A DNA stretch of 64,000 nt from Octopus sinensis (Eukaryota): NCBI RefSeq assembly GCF_006345805.1, contig NC_043006.1, positions 58,900,001 through 58,964,000 on the forward strand. The letters run 5' to 3'. Position 1 is the stretch's first letter; every line of letters begins with the position of its first letter. The notes beneath the pieces are model-generated. The model was given only the letters and a program-made list of their open reading frames with translations. It had not been told where the DNA came from and ran no database searches. This document shows positions 28,330 to 41,278 of the stretch, piece by piece. Both the position numbers and the translations under genes were made by a program.

Positions 28330-29463
28330 GCCATGATAAAACGATGGTAAGAAAAGCCCCTTCATGGCAAATACTGGACTAAACTAATTGCAAAAGAAAT
28401 AGACAAAGAAAAATCCCAGCAATAACCTAGAAAGGAAGGTGGAAGAGGGTTAATATCAGTGTAAGACCACGTGAAGTTAGCTAGAGTAGATATAGACTCC
28501 TATATAGGTATGTAGGTAATAGTAAAGAAAGTTTATTAAAAACTGTTAGAATCACAGCAAGACATAGGTAAACCAAAACACCAAAAGGACTTAAAAACCG
28601 GAAAAGAGAATAGAAATTATCTGACTGGCAGGAGAAGACGTTGCATGGTAGATTCCCAAAGATAGTTTCATCAAACAATAGTAGTGAGACATGGTTATGG
28701 CTGCAGAAGGGAAAGCTGAAGAGGGAGACAGAATGTTTGTTAGTAGCTGCACAAGATCAAGCATTACGGACTAATTGGATAAAAGCCCAAAGAGACAAAA
28801 ACCAAGTGGATTTCCAATGTAGATTATGAAAATCAAAAGAGGCAAGTGTTACTCATATAGTAAGTGAATGTAGCATGCTGGCACCAGAAGAATACAAGAA
28901 AAGACATGACAATCTAGGGAGAGCAATCCACTGGGAGCTTTGTAGAAAGCTAGGCTTAGAACATACTGATAAATGGTATGAACATGAACCTAGTAAGTAT
29001 TAGAAAGTAAGAAGTACAATATATTGTGGGACTTTCACATTCATACTGACAGAGTAATAGAAGCTAGAAGATCTGATTTGGTAGTAGTAAATAAAGAGAA
29101 TAGAAAGTGCCAGATAATTGACTTTACAGTCACAAATAATGAAAACCTTTATATGAGAAGTATAGAAAAAGCTGCAAAATACCAGGACCTAGCTATTGAA
29201 TTACAGGGACAGTGGAAAGTGCGAGTAAAATGTATCCCAGTAGTTATAGGTGCATTGGGAACTATCCCTAAAGATCTGAACGGATGGGTAGAGGAAATAG
29301 ACATAAAACCCGGTTTAGTACAGCTGCAGAAAACAGTGTTATTAGGGACAGCTAAGATACTTTGGAAGGTTCTTGGCATCTAAGGCAACGTATTGTAGCC
29401 CGATGTTAAGGTTCTTTTCTTTTCCAGCTGTCTAATCTGTTGAGTGTATGTGAATAATAATAA
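28330..29463 (+). mobile_element. 5'-truncated R4/Dong-type non-LTR retrotransposon (CCHC finger plus restriction-like endonuclease)
   Basis: LHGRF..WLWLQKGKLKRETECLLVAAQDQALRTN..CRL..HIVSEC..RHD..WDFHIHTDRVIEARRSDLVVV..IIDF..KYQDL..PVVIGALG..LLGTAKIL. Preceded by (AAT)n and ends in a short (AAT) tail. Confidence 0.9.
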
Positions 29464-31545
29464 GGGAAAATTGTTGGTTTACTGTAGAGCTCGAAGCTAT
29501 CAAAAGGCGGGTCATGGAAAATAACAGATTACAATGAAAATACAGTTCTTAGTAGTAAGAGTAATCCCATTTCACAGGAAAGAAGTAGTGGTAGTTTACT
29601 TGATGACAGACATATAGCTGATCTAAAAGAAGATAATAAAACTAATGACGACATGACAAATGAACAAAAAGCAATCTACGACAGAATAAATGTAAGATTA
29701 CAGGAGAACGATAACGACATTATTTGCAACCTTAAAAAGTTTGATCGATAGAAATTGAACCAAGAAACGAAAAATGTCAATGAAATTCTGAAATAGATCA
29801 GAACAAACAACATCACAAAATAAATAATTTGATCAAGGCAGCAAGTATTGTTGTAGCAGAAAACGTGGGTGTTGATGTAAAGAAAAAGAAACATAATGGG
29901 AGCGACAAAAGAAAAGATCCATGTGGAAAAGAAGAATCCAGGTAGGGTTAGACATGCTCTCACAGAAATCTCTGTGTTAGACAGAATAGGGAAAGGGGAG
30001 CTTAAAAGCGAACAAAAATACAGGGCGCTGAAAAGGAAGTATAATATTGAAAGAAAGGACCTGAATGTAGTAGTGGAGGAACTGAAACAGTGCCTCGTTG
30101 CAAAGAATGCAAAGATGGAAAGATACGACCAAAGAATGAAGGGTTTTCACCAGAATAGGTGGTTCAGAGTAGATCAGAAGAGTTTCTATAAAGAAATAAA
30201 TGGAAAGTGTACAGATGAAAAGTTGATACCAGATGACATTGAAAGTCAAAGGTTTTGGAGTGACATCTGGAGCAAAGACAAGGAGCACAAGAAGGATGCT
30301 GAATGGTTGCAAGAACTGAAGCAAACAGTAGTCTGTCCAAAACAGGCAGAACTAGTCATTTCAGTTAAGGAAGTGGAGGAATCAACAAAAAAAGAGCAAC
30401 TGGAATGCTCCGGGAGTAGATGGAGTGCAAGGCTACTGGATCAAAATATTTGGTGAATGTCATGCACGAATAGCTGCGCATCTCAACACCTTGTTAAATG
30501 CCGACCAAGTAACAGCAGAGTGGTTGACACTGGGTAGCACAGTGCTGTGCCTGAAAAACTTCGAAAAAGACAATAGGGTAAACATTTACAGGCCGATATC
30601 CTGTTTGCTACTTATGTGGAGGTTATTGACTGGAATACTCGCAGAGTCAATGTACGAACATCTGGAAAAATATGGAGTCCTGACACATGAGCAGAAGGTT
30701 TGCATGCGTATGTGCAGAGGTACCAAGGATCAATTCCTGATAGACAAAACTGTACTTAGAGACTGCAAGAGGAGGAAAAGTAACCTTGCCATGTTCTGGA
30801 TCGACTATCGTAAGGCGTACGATATGATCCCACATTCTTGGATTATGGAGTGTATGAACCTATTTGGCATCGCATCGAATGTTGAGCGATTGCTTGGAAA
30901 AAACATGGCGAATTGGATGGATGGACCTGACAGCATACAGGAGAAGTTTAGGGACAGTAGAAATTTGGAAGGGTATCTTTCAAGGGGACTGCCTGTCCTC
31001 ACTGATCTTTGTACTGTTCTTGATACCACTAACAGTGATTCTGGGGAAAGCAAAAGCTGGGTATGTATTCAAAAGCCGCCAGCAAAAAGTCAACCATTTG
31101 TTATTCATGGATGGCCTCAAACTTTATGGGTAAAGATGAAGCCCAAGTCAGTTCCCTTGTTGATACGGTGTATGCCTTCAGTGCTGATATCAGAATGGGG
31201 TTCGGAGTAAGAAAGTGAGGTGTGTTAGTATTGAAGAGAGGCAAAATCAAATGTATGGACGGACTAACGATACCGTCGGGGGGAGGTTATGAAGCAGATA
31301 GAAGAGACGGGTCATTAGTACTTGGGGATTTTGGAAATGGATAAATTGATGGAGAAAGAAATGACAGACTGAGACTGATTCTTAAGACGAAATTAAACGA
31401 ACGGAATAAGATCGAAGCTATCAACACCTGGACGGTTTCACTCCTTAGACATGGAGCAGGGGTAAGCGCATGGACAGTAGACGAACTAAACAGCTCAGAC
31501 AGACAGACAAGGAAGTTGCTAACTAGATATGGGTTACTCCATCCA
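29464..31545 (+). mobile_element. R4/Dong-type LINE, RT-containing part, frameshifted and 3'-truncated
   Basis: RPISCLLLMWRLLTGIL..EQK..RGTKDQFLIDK..WIDYRKAYDMIPHSWI..GIFQGDCLSSLIF..HLLFMDGLKLYG (RT motifs); ends at GLLHPK. Confidence 0.92.
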
Positions 31546-31856
31546 AAAATTCCTCATTCACCTTATTCTCCCGAACTTGCTCCTTCAGACTACTATTTGT
31601 TTCGTAGTTTACAGAATCATTTGGGGGGACATAACTTTCGCAAGCCAGGAGAAGGTGGAAACTGACATTTCAGAGTTCTTCACATTGAAACCAAAGGAGT
31701 TTTATATGATGAGATTAAAAAGCTTGTAAAGAGATGGAAGGAAGTCATAGATAACCAGGGAAAGTACATTGATGATTAAATTTCAATTAAATAGAACATC
31801 TGATTACTTGTTTTCTTTATTCAAAATTCGGACAGAACTTATGGGATGACCTGATA
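31546..31856 (+). mobile_element. mariner (DD34D) 3' fragment with TIR
   Basis: PHSPYSPELAPSDYYLFRSLQNHL..RWKEVIDNQGKYIDD* (YSPDLAP motif), followed by TIR-like ACTTATGGGATGACCTGA-TA. It abuts and truncates the R4/Dong copy on its left. Confidence 0.9.
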
Positions 31857-31879
31857 ATTTGTAGTGACTTCTCTTGAAA

Positions 31880-32030
31880 ATGGACAAAATTTGGTATCGT
31901 GCCACTATTAAGTACCTGCAGAAAAGGGCTTAGACCAAAGGACATTCATATTGACATGGTTACCACATTAGGGGAGATAGCTCCAGCTTTATCAACAGTG
32001 CAAAAGTGGGTGGTTGAATTTACGACGGGA
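31880..32030 (+). mobile_element. mariner transposase N-terminal fragment
   Basis: MDKIWYRATIKYLQK.GL.PKDIHIDMVTTLGEIAPALSTVQKWVVEFTTG, resembling the mariner HTH N-terminus (one frameshift). Confidence 0.75.
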
Positions 32031-32079
32031 AGCATACAACTATGCCCTGAAAGAGTTTCTTGAAACTAAGACATTTAAC

Positions 32080-34925
32080 TTTATTACAACATTTTATACA
32101 CTCAACAAAATAAAGAAAAAAGGATCACAAAAAAGCACACGAGCAACCAAGATGGGAAAAGTGCGTAAAAAGATTAAGAGCTTCCGACAGGAATTTCGAT
32201 CTTAGATGAACATTCCAAAGTAAATAATGTAAAGACGAGAATGTCTAGAAAGATGAAGAGAAAGTATAAAGAGAATGAAGTCTGGAGAGCAAAAGAGATG
32301 TTTAAGCAAAAGGTTTAGGTTAAGGCCCTACGCGTACGTAGTCATGAAAAGAGAAACACATTTTTCATACAAAATAAGATATTTAAGACTGATGTTAAGG
32401 AATTCTATAGGAAAGAAGAAAGAAAGGTTGAGATTGAATAGTGATGGGAGGATATTACAATGCAGGAACTGTCTCAAGCATTATTTAAAGCTCATAAGTG
32501 GAAGTCTTTTGGACATGATAAAATCCAAAAATTCTGGCTTGATTGCCTCTCACCATCACATCGCCAGCTAATGGAATGTTTCTCTGATATCATCAGAGAC
32601 TCCGAAAAGACTCCAAACTTGCTCACATTAGGTATAACATACCTAATCCCTAAAACGAGCGACGTAAAAAAAACTACAAGCCGATCACTTGTTTGACAAC
32701 TATGTATAAAATACTTACATCCATCCTCGCCAAAAGGATGTACCAATTTCTGGATTAAAACAACAACCTTCCTCTTGAACAAAAAGGGTGCAAAAGAAAC
32801 TCGAACGGCCGCAAAATCCACTATTAATAAACCGTATGATACTCGAAAGTTGTTCATTGAGAAAATGAAATCTTGGCACAGCATGGATTGACTATCATAA
32901 GGCGTTTGACAGTGTTCCACACAGCTGGAGCTTAAATGAACTAAATATATACAAGATCTCTCTTTTCGTAAAAAGGTTTTCTGCAACATAGTATGAGACT
33001 GTGGAACACGAATTTTTTTCACAGCCACGAGAAAGGCGAGAATGTGTAAGAGAATATCAAAATAGATTCTGGAATATTCCAGGGCGATTGACGCTTCTCT
33101 CCTGCCTTTTCTCCGTTCCCTTGTCTCACGTGATGAATAGAATAAATTGCAGGTTCAAAATGTTTGATAAGATCATCTCTTTGTTCTATATGAATGATTT
33201 GAAATTATATGCAAATGATGACAAAGATCTGAAAGGGCTACTGGTAACTGTGGAAAAAACTCAGTGATGATATCAATATGGAATTTGACCTAGATAAGTG
33301 TGCAGAGGCTACATTCAAACGTGGTATATTGGCAGCCAATAAATCGACCCATCTTCATAATGATACAACTATCAAGGATCTTGATCAAGAATGTTTTTAT
33401 AAGTACCTTGTGGTAAACGAAGGAAAAGGGATTCAACACGAGTCAGTGAAAGAAAAGAAAGAATATTATAAACGTGTTAGAATGGTCCTAAATACTGACC
33501 TGAAATGCAGCTAGAAACTCATTGGCGTGACGAGTTGTCCAGTATAGACTTAATATCATCAAACAGAATTTGAGTGAGCTCCAACGTATGGACATAAAGG
33601 CCAGAAAACGTCTGACTTTAAACAGGATACATCACTCAAAATCAGACGCCCACAGGTTCTATATGCCACGAAATTAAGGTGATAGAGGCCTAATCGAACT
33701 TAAAACATCCTGTAAACGACCACAATGTGACACCAAATGTACATTCAAAGTAACACCGACTGCATAGTACATCTGGTAAGACAACACGAACAGAGTAAGA
33801 AACTGCACTCAATCTCAAAGCTGGCATATAAATATAGAGATGAGCTTAACTCCCATAATCATGATGATGACAATGTGGGCACACTACCCACTAAGGCAGC
33901 AAAAAAGGTGTAAAACAAAAGGAAAGTTTGAATTTTTTTCTCAACCACGAGAAAAGCGAGAATGTGTCAGAGAATATCAAAATAGATTCTGGAATATTCT
34001 AGGACGATTGACTCTTTTCTCCTGGCTTTTCATCATTCCCTTGTCTCACGAGATGAATAGAATAAATTACAGATTCATAATGTTTGATAAGATCATCTCC
34101 TTGTTCTATATGAACAAGGAAAACCATCGCATGGAAAATAACCCAAATGAGCTGGGAAGCTGATGTAGATACGAGAAGAACTAATCAGTGGTAGCAGAGC
34201 ACTGGTTTGAAAGCCGAAACAAGGATTTATCCTAGCAGCGTAAAATCAGAGCTTCTTCGCTCGGAACTATCTAGCTAATGTCTCGCACAGTAGGGCAGAC
34301 ACAAAGTGTAGACTCTGCGATGACAAACTTGAGAGCATTGACCACATTGTCGTCAGTTGCTCAGTCCTTGCTCGTAATATAAAATCAGGCATGAGTGGGT
34401 TGGCCAATATTTGCACTGGGGCTATGATATTCTGCACCCTAAGAACTGGTATGAACATGACTCACAGCCAGTCACTGAGGGCGAGAATATTACCATGCCA
34501 TGGGGTTATGGGATACATACAGACAGGCCAGACATCATCATCAAAATCATAAGGCAAAAACCATGTCTGTCAATGGATAAGACGGTGCTTATTGATAGAA
34601 ACATCTCAGCAAAATAACTTGTAAAACTATCGAAATACAAGGCCCTGGATATTGAGATATCTAGGACGTGGCAATTAAAGCCAAAATCATCCCCGTTGTT
34701 GTGAGTATCCTAAGAATGATCCAGAAAGGTGCCGACTAGTTTTTTTGACCAAATTCTAGGGAAAATCAACAATCTACGATGTTCAAAAAGTCGTGCTAAC
34801 ATCAATCGCTCACTTCTCAGGAAGTTTCTCTCAATCTGATATATATATGTGTCTTAGGTCTTTCGTTGAAACCCAAGTCGAAAATGAATAAAATGGACAT
34901 TAAAGGCAAAAAACTCCACTCACTA
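32080..34925 (+). mobile_element. Degenerate near full-length R4/Dong-type LINE
   Basis: KWKSFGHDKIQKFWL..GITYLIPK, LFYMNDLKLYA, MEFDLDKCA..YKYL, and RLE-like TDRPDIIIK. Long (TAA)n tail at 34923-35001. Many stops. Confidence 0.85.
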
Positions 34926-34952
34926 ATAATGATGATGATAATAATAATAATA

Positions 34953-35005
<53 letters not shown>

Positions 35006-35646
35006 CCATTTATTGACCACCGGGGCCCAAGGCATTGAAGACAGTATCAAAGGAAGAAATACAGTACACAAAAGATGGGATTTACATCGGTCAAAAGAGA
35101 AACAAGAACAATACGGATATAAGGAAACTCAGGAGTGAGCTAGAAATTTTTTTACTCTGATACTCTCCATAGCGTTCTATGGTAGTTTTCTGCGAATCGT
35201 TTCGTACTTGGTGGCAATATATTTATTCCCATTAAAATAAGTATAATTTGCTGAGGTATTACCGACCAAAATATATTTAATGATGGGTATAGAAAAACAT
35301 TCTTTCCAATTTAAAAAGCTATTAAAAAAATAATTTGTTTTGTTTACGCAAATTTTGTAGAATTTTATAGAATGTCATAGAATTTTATAAATTTGTTTTT
35401 AAATGTTTTAGCTATTCCTGAAATCTCTATATATAAATGTTTGGACAGACCGTATTGTAGTTATGGCTAATGTTTCTCTTTATGACAAAGCACTATTTTT
35501 ACTATCAGATATGCCAGGGCTTGGCAAATAATTCAGCTGTTGCTTAACTTGCAGAAAATAACGGCCAAATGTCTCTCAAATCACACCATACCGGCTTTAA
35601 AAAGGAGACATAGGAAAATTAATAATTATCTATGGAAACAAATGAA

Positions 35647-35649
<3 letters not shown>

Positions 35650-35730
<81 letters not shown>

Positions 35731-35845
35731 CCAACGAAATAATAATAATAATAACGACGACGACGACGGCGAAGACGACGACGACGACGACGAAGACGAC
35801 GACAACAACAAAAAGAAAGACAACGACAACAACAACAACAAAAAT
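35650..35845. repeat. (TATC)n followed by (AAT)(GAC)(AAC) compound trinucleotide tract
   Basis: Direct reading. Confidence 0.95.
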
Positions 35846-35944
35846 TCAAAAGGCTTGACATTTGAAGAGGAGGAGGCTAGTCGATTACATAGACTCCAGT
35901 GTTTCACTGGTACTTAATTTATCGACCCCGATAACGATTCTTCC

Positions 35945-36130
35945 CGAGAAGTGAGAGGCTGATATCAGCACCAAACTTTGAACATCATAGATTGTCGCTT
36001 TCCCAAGAATCTGATCAAAAGTACTAGTCGATATCTTTCTGGATCATTTTCAAGGCATCCATAACAACGGGGATGGTTTAATTGCCACGTCTTAGATATC
36101 TCAATCTCCAGGTCCTTCCATTTCGATAGT
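35945..36130 (-). mobile_element. R4/Dong 3' fragment, reverse orientation
   Basis: Reverse complement reads EKLSKWKDLEIEISKTW and is similar to 34620-34830. Confidence 0.7.
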
Positions 36131-36660
36131 TTTTCAAGGTAAAAATGTCTCTATCTTCTGGGGTTTTCCAGTCAACACTGTCATAACGAAACAGACTAAT
36201 CGACCAGATATAATTATTAAAGAGAGGGAAGAAAATACTTGTAGACTAATAGATGTAAATGTTTCCACTGATAAAAGTATATCTGTAAAGGAATTTGACA
36301 AATTAAGTAAATATAAGGACCTGGAAATTGAAATACAATGTGGCATCTTAAAGCAAGAACTATTCCTAGGTATGATAAAAAAAAAGGGTGTCAGAAACAA
36401 CTAGACAACATCCCAGGAGAACCATGTCTCAGAGAAATCCAAAAGATTGTGCTGGCAAGTACCGCCCACGTCCTTGGAAATACCCTGTCAATTCAAAGGT
36501 TTGTGTTATATTACATGAAGATATTGCGCTACTACCCCTTCCACTTCCACTTTCCTTCCCAAGATTTGTCATAGTGTAACATCTCTTATTCTTCACTCGT
36601 CCTAGGGCGCTTGGTGCGTCTCAGCAAGTGATTGTAATAAACATGCAAATTAAAAGTAAC
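36131..36660 (+). mobile_element. R4/Dong 3' fragment (RLE domain plus 3' UTR)
   Basis: NRPDIIIKEREENTCRLIDVNVSTD..EFDKLSKYKDLEIEI..EIQKIVLASTAHVL; followed by an (AAC)/(AAT)n tail. Confidence 0.85.
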
Positions 36661-36719
36661 TAACAACAACAACAACAGCAATGATAATAATAATGATAAT
36701 AATAATAATAATAATAATA

Positions 36720-36758
<39 letters not shown>

Positions 36759-36777
36759 TAATAATAATAATAATAAT

Positions 36778-37125
36778 AAATCGACATAGCGTACCCCGAT
36801 GCAATGTGAAAGAAGAAAATATTAAAAACTATGTCAATTTGAAGTGGGAAATATGAATGTTGTGGTCAATGAGGAGATTAGACGTGATGCCAATAGTAAT
36901 TGGTGCACTTGGAAGTATCTGCACTCGATTACCAGCATAGCTAAAAAAGATGGTGCAAGTGTGAAGATAGAACATCAACAAAATTCAACATTGCTTGGAA
37001 CTGCAAGAATTCTTCGCAGAGTTCTTGAAGCATGACCAGTAAACAAATATCAGCTTAGTCTGCTGGCTATGGACAGCTGACACTTTCCATCATACCTAGC
37101 AGAATAATCTGTGAGGTTTAATCAA
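36778..37125 (+). mobile_element. Short R4/Dong 3' end between (AAT)n tracts
   Basis: IDIAYP..PIVIGALG..TLLGTARILRRVLEA*; tail (AAT)n(AGT)n(AAT)n. Confidence 0.85.
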
Positions 37126-37144
37126 ATAATAATAATAATAATAA

Positions 37145-37185
<41 letters not shown>

Positions 37186-37205
37186 TAGTAGTAGTAGTAG
37201 TAGTA

Positions 37206-37241
<36 letters not shown>

Positions 37242-37459
37242 TCTACTATAGGTACAAGGCCCGAAATTTCGGGGAGGGGACTAGTCCATTAGATCGACCC
37301 ATGTACGCAACTGGTATTTAATTCATCGACTCCGGAAGGATGAAAGGTAAGGTCGACCACGGTGGAATTTGAACCCAGATCGTAGCGACGGGTGAAATAC
37401 CGCTAAGTATTTGGTCTAGCGTGCTAACAATTGCCCCAGCTCACCGCCTTAATAATAAT

Positions 37460-39480
37460 GAATGTTAAGTAGAAATTGACCCAACTGAATTGAATGAGCT
37501 GAAGGATCAAATCATAATTGAATGGCTGAAAATTAAGGGAACCGGTGTGGATAAACGTATCACACTCTAAAACAATTCACAATTCTAAGCAAAGCCTGAA
37601 AGCAATTGATAAGGTTCGCACTGTTCTTAAAGGCATAATTGCAACTAAGGATATCGATATTACAAAACTCAACCACCTTTACTATGCTTTTGCTAAGATT
37701 TTAATGAACCTATGTGATGAAAAACAAACAAGTAAACAAACAAACGAAAGTATCTCCACAGATAGACTGCTTGGCAACAGCGAATTCATCAACAAATTAA
37801 ATTAGACCTGGCATAGGATGTTTAAAAAAACTTCAAATGAGAAGAATATTAAACCATTTAAAATAGGAAAATTGACGAGAAAATATAATATAAAATCTGG
37901 TTTGACATTGACACAACTATAGAAACTATCAAGCGAAAGGTTTCTTCTAAATGTGTCCGCATATCACGATATGAAAAGTGCTTTAGGCTCTTCAAGGACA
38001 TATTCTAAAACAACCCAGAAATGAGGAGTACAGGAATTTAGGTGTAGAATCTGTGAAGAAAAAAAAGAAAACAGTAAAAATGCTCCTAGGATTGACTGAT
38101 TATATTGACTCAGTCCATTTAGAAGAGCAAAAGCGGGTTGAGTCAGGATGTAAGATCTGCTGTCTGAAAAATTAAGTAAATGGAAATCTCCTAATTTTTG
38201 GTTGAATGTCTTCTCAGAAAGCTATGGACTACTGACTAGACTACTCACCCCCTTAACTATGTGTATCAGCATCTACTTTGACTGAATACGGGTTCAACTT
38301 CTTTATAGAAAATGGCACTTTCCCCAATGAGCAAACAAAGCTGTAAACATGAGTCTTATGGCTGTAAAAATCAGTTTCTCAGCAATAAGGTGATTTGGAT
38401 GATTACCACAACCAGCGGAAGAACTTATCAATAGCTTTGGTAGACTATGGAAAAGTTTTCGACAGTCTACCACATAGCTGGATGAAGAAATACCTGATAA
38501 CATAACATATCACCTGAAGAAACTTTCCGTCTATTAGTGCGAAATCACTGAATACAACACTGATTTTGAACAATGAGAAGAAATTTCTGAATGTGAGGGA
38601 TGTTGAAATCTCGAGTGGTATTTTTCAGGGTGATTCCGTATCATCACTCTTCTTTTATCTTACCAGATTAATCTATGAAACACAGTATGACTATAAAATT
38701 TATGAGAAAACCACAGGTCATCTTTTTTCATGGATGATTGAAAGCTCTTCGCAAAAAATGATCAGCGACTACGAGGCCTACAATCAATTGTAAAACAGTT
38801 TAGTGATGACACTAGGTTGCAATTTGACCTTAATAAAGCTACCTTCATCAGACGGAAACTGTCAAAGTCATTCACCGTTGAACATGGTCATCAAATTGCT
38901 ATAAAGGCGTTACAACCAGAGGAAGGTTATACATACGAAGATATGAAAACGATAGACCCAAACACTCAACAATGAGGGAAAAGATAAGAAAAGAATGAAA
39001 GCGAAGGGTAAAGGCAATACTCAAGATAAAGCTAAATGCAAGGAACAGAATAAAACAATACTTCCGCGGCACCGGAAAGTACGAAATCAATAAATAATTA
39101 TTTTCAATAATAAAAGAACTAAGAAAATATTTAAGATAATTTCAAACATAAGAAGTCCCAGAAGAAGTAGTGTAAAAGCTAAATACATGAAAACCCTTAC
39201 TAAAAACGCAGTCTTAAGTAATCTTACTGGTAAATGGCAGGAAAGAACCACTTCATGATAAATAATGAGAGAGAGAGCTATCAATGCTGATGTTGACAAA
39301 TATCTTACCCATCTGTGGTTAGCGTCCTCTGGTTTAAAATCAGAGATAGGATGGTTAATCATAGCAGCTCAGGATCAATGCCTACCTACAAGAAGCTATC
39401 AGGCCAACATTTTAAAGAATGGAAGTACCCCAACATATAAAGTGTAAAAAAAACAGTCTGAAACCATTGGCTACAGTGTC
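37460..39480 (+). mobile_element. Old, internally deleted R4/Dong-type LINE
   Basis: DYGKVFDSLPHSW, GIFQGDSVSSL, and WLASSGLKSEIGWLIIAAQDQCLPTRSYQANILKN remnants. Confidence 0.85.
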
Positions 39481-41230
39481 TCCATGTATAACCTTCTTGC
39501 TCCCTCACATTCAGAAATTTCTTCTCATTGTTCAAAATCAGTGTTGCATTCAGTGATTTCACACTAATAGACAGAAAGTTTCTTTAACTAGGTGATATGT
39601 TATTTTATCAGGCATTTCTTGATCCAGCTATGTGGTAGACTATCGAAAACTTTTCCATAGTCTAACAAAGCTATTGATAAGTTCTTCTGCTGGTTGTGGC
39701 AATCTTCCAAATCACTAGTTATGATAAAGCCACGCAACACACCCACTTGGTAATTTACAAGGATGTAGATCTGCCCCATCATTGAAAATGGTGGGAATTC
39801 AATTCAACTTAAATGCTTGAAAAAGATCACATCCCAGTTCTATGGAACTTTTTATTCAAACTAGCAGAAAGCTAGAATCAAAAAGGCCATATTAAAGGAT
39901 TTCAGGTGAAAAATTTGCTTCTTCAATCATATGAATGTCTTAATTGATATGAATGTATCTGTGAAGAACAACCAAAAGTATATTAATTATTAAAGCAAAG
40001 TTAACAGCCGATGTTAAGATGTAAAGAGTCGGAACAAAATAATAAATTGCTTCTCACGTAGGCACAAAGCCAGCAATTTTTAGGTACTGGGTATAAGTCA
40101 GTACCTTCGATTCCAGTGCTTGATAGGTACTTTGTTTTATCGCTCTGGATGGATAAAAGGCAAAGTTAACTGTGACAGATTTTGAACTCAGAATGTAAAG
40201 ATCTGGAAACAATGATTTGTTTGTAGGGAAAAGTGCTTAAATTTGGGTTGTGGTGGATCAGTGTGTTAAATAAACGCTAGTATGTGACTGGTGCTTTTGT
40301 TTTTTCAATTCCGGAAAGATCAAAGACGAATTCAGTCATAGTGGTTGGTGGAACGGTGTTTTTTTCAGTCCCAGTTCAGAACTATGATGAAAGACGTTTC
40401 CTCCTTGATTTGCCTACCTTTTGTGTAAATGTACATGACTGCCACAATTTTGGACAATGTATTATTTTCATTTTATTTAAGATGCTAGGTGTGATTTGAG
40501 GGCGATTTAGCTGATATTCCTAGCAAACCAAACAGCCATATAGAACCTTCATCATTGGCTTGCAATTACCGAAAGTCACTCATTCCCGTGTGGGAAGCGC
40601 TGGACAAAGTAATGTAATCCATTACCTTAAAAGTTTCTCAAGATATTCTGTTTATACATACACTTAAGCCCAGCTGTATTTGACGTAGTCAGTAAAAAGT
40701 CCTTTCGATCGTCACCATCCCCAACTCTCTTCAATTTAAAATTAGAATTTATAGACGTAGTCGGACAGAATTGAAGAGTTTCATGAAGATCTATTAGATG
40801 CGATATACTCTTGAGTCAAAGACACTGCTGTTAGAAACCCGATTCTCATAAATGTATTCTATTTTATATACATTTTTATCCTGTTGAGGATTTAAAATTA
40901 AATTACTGTTCGGCTATTTTAAGATCAATAAGGCTAATTTCTTTATCCCAAAGACAATATTTAGTACGGAGCAGCATATATATTGATAAATGAAGATTCA
41001 GATGAAAGATTACTTACTACGATAGTAAGTCTGAAAGACATAACTTTTGAATAATAGAATAATTTATGAAGAAACAGATTTTTCTTGGGAGAAATATGTC
41101 AAAGACGAACGATTTGTCAGATTTCTTTGAAGGTAAAGTTACCTCTACTTAAAATTCTAAAACAAAATGGAAGCTCTGAGGGCAGTGCTAAGGTTAAGGC
41201 ATTGGAACTGGCGAACTCCTTATTATGCTG

Positions 41231-41278
<48 letters not shown>

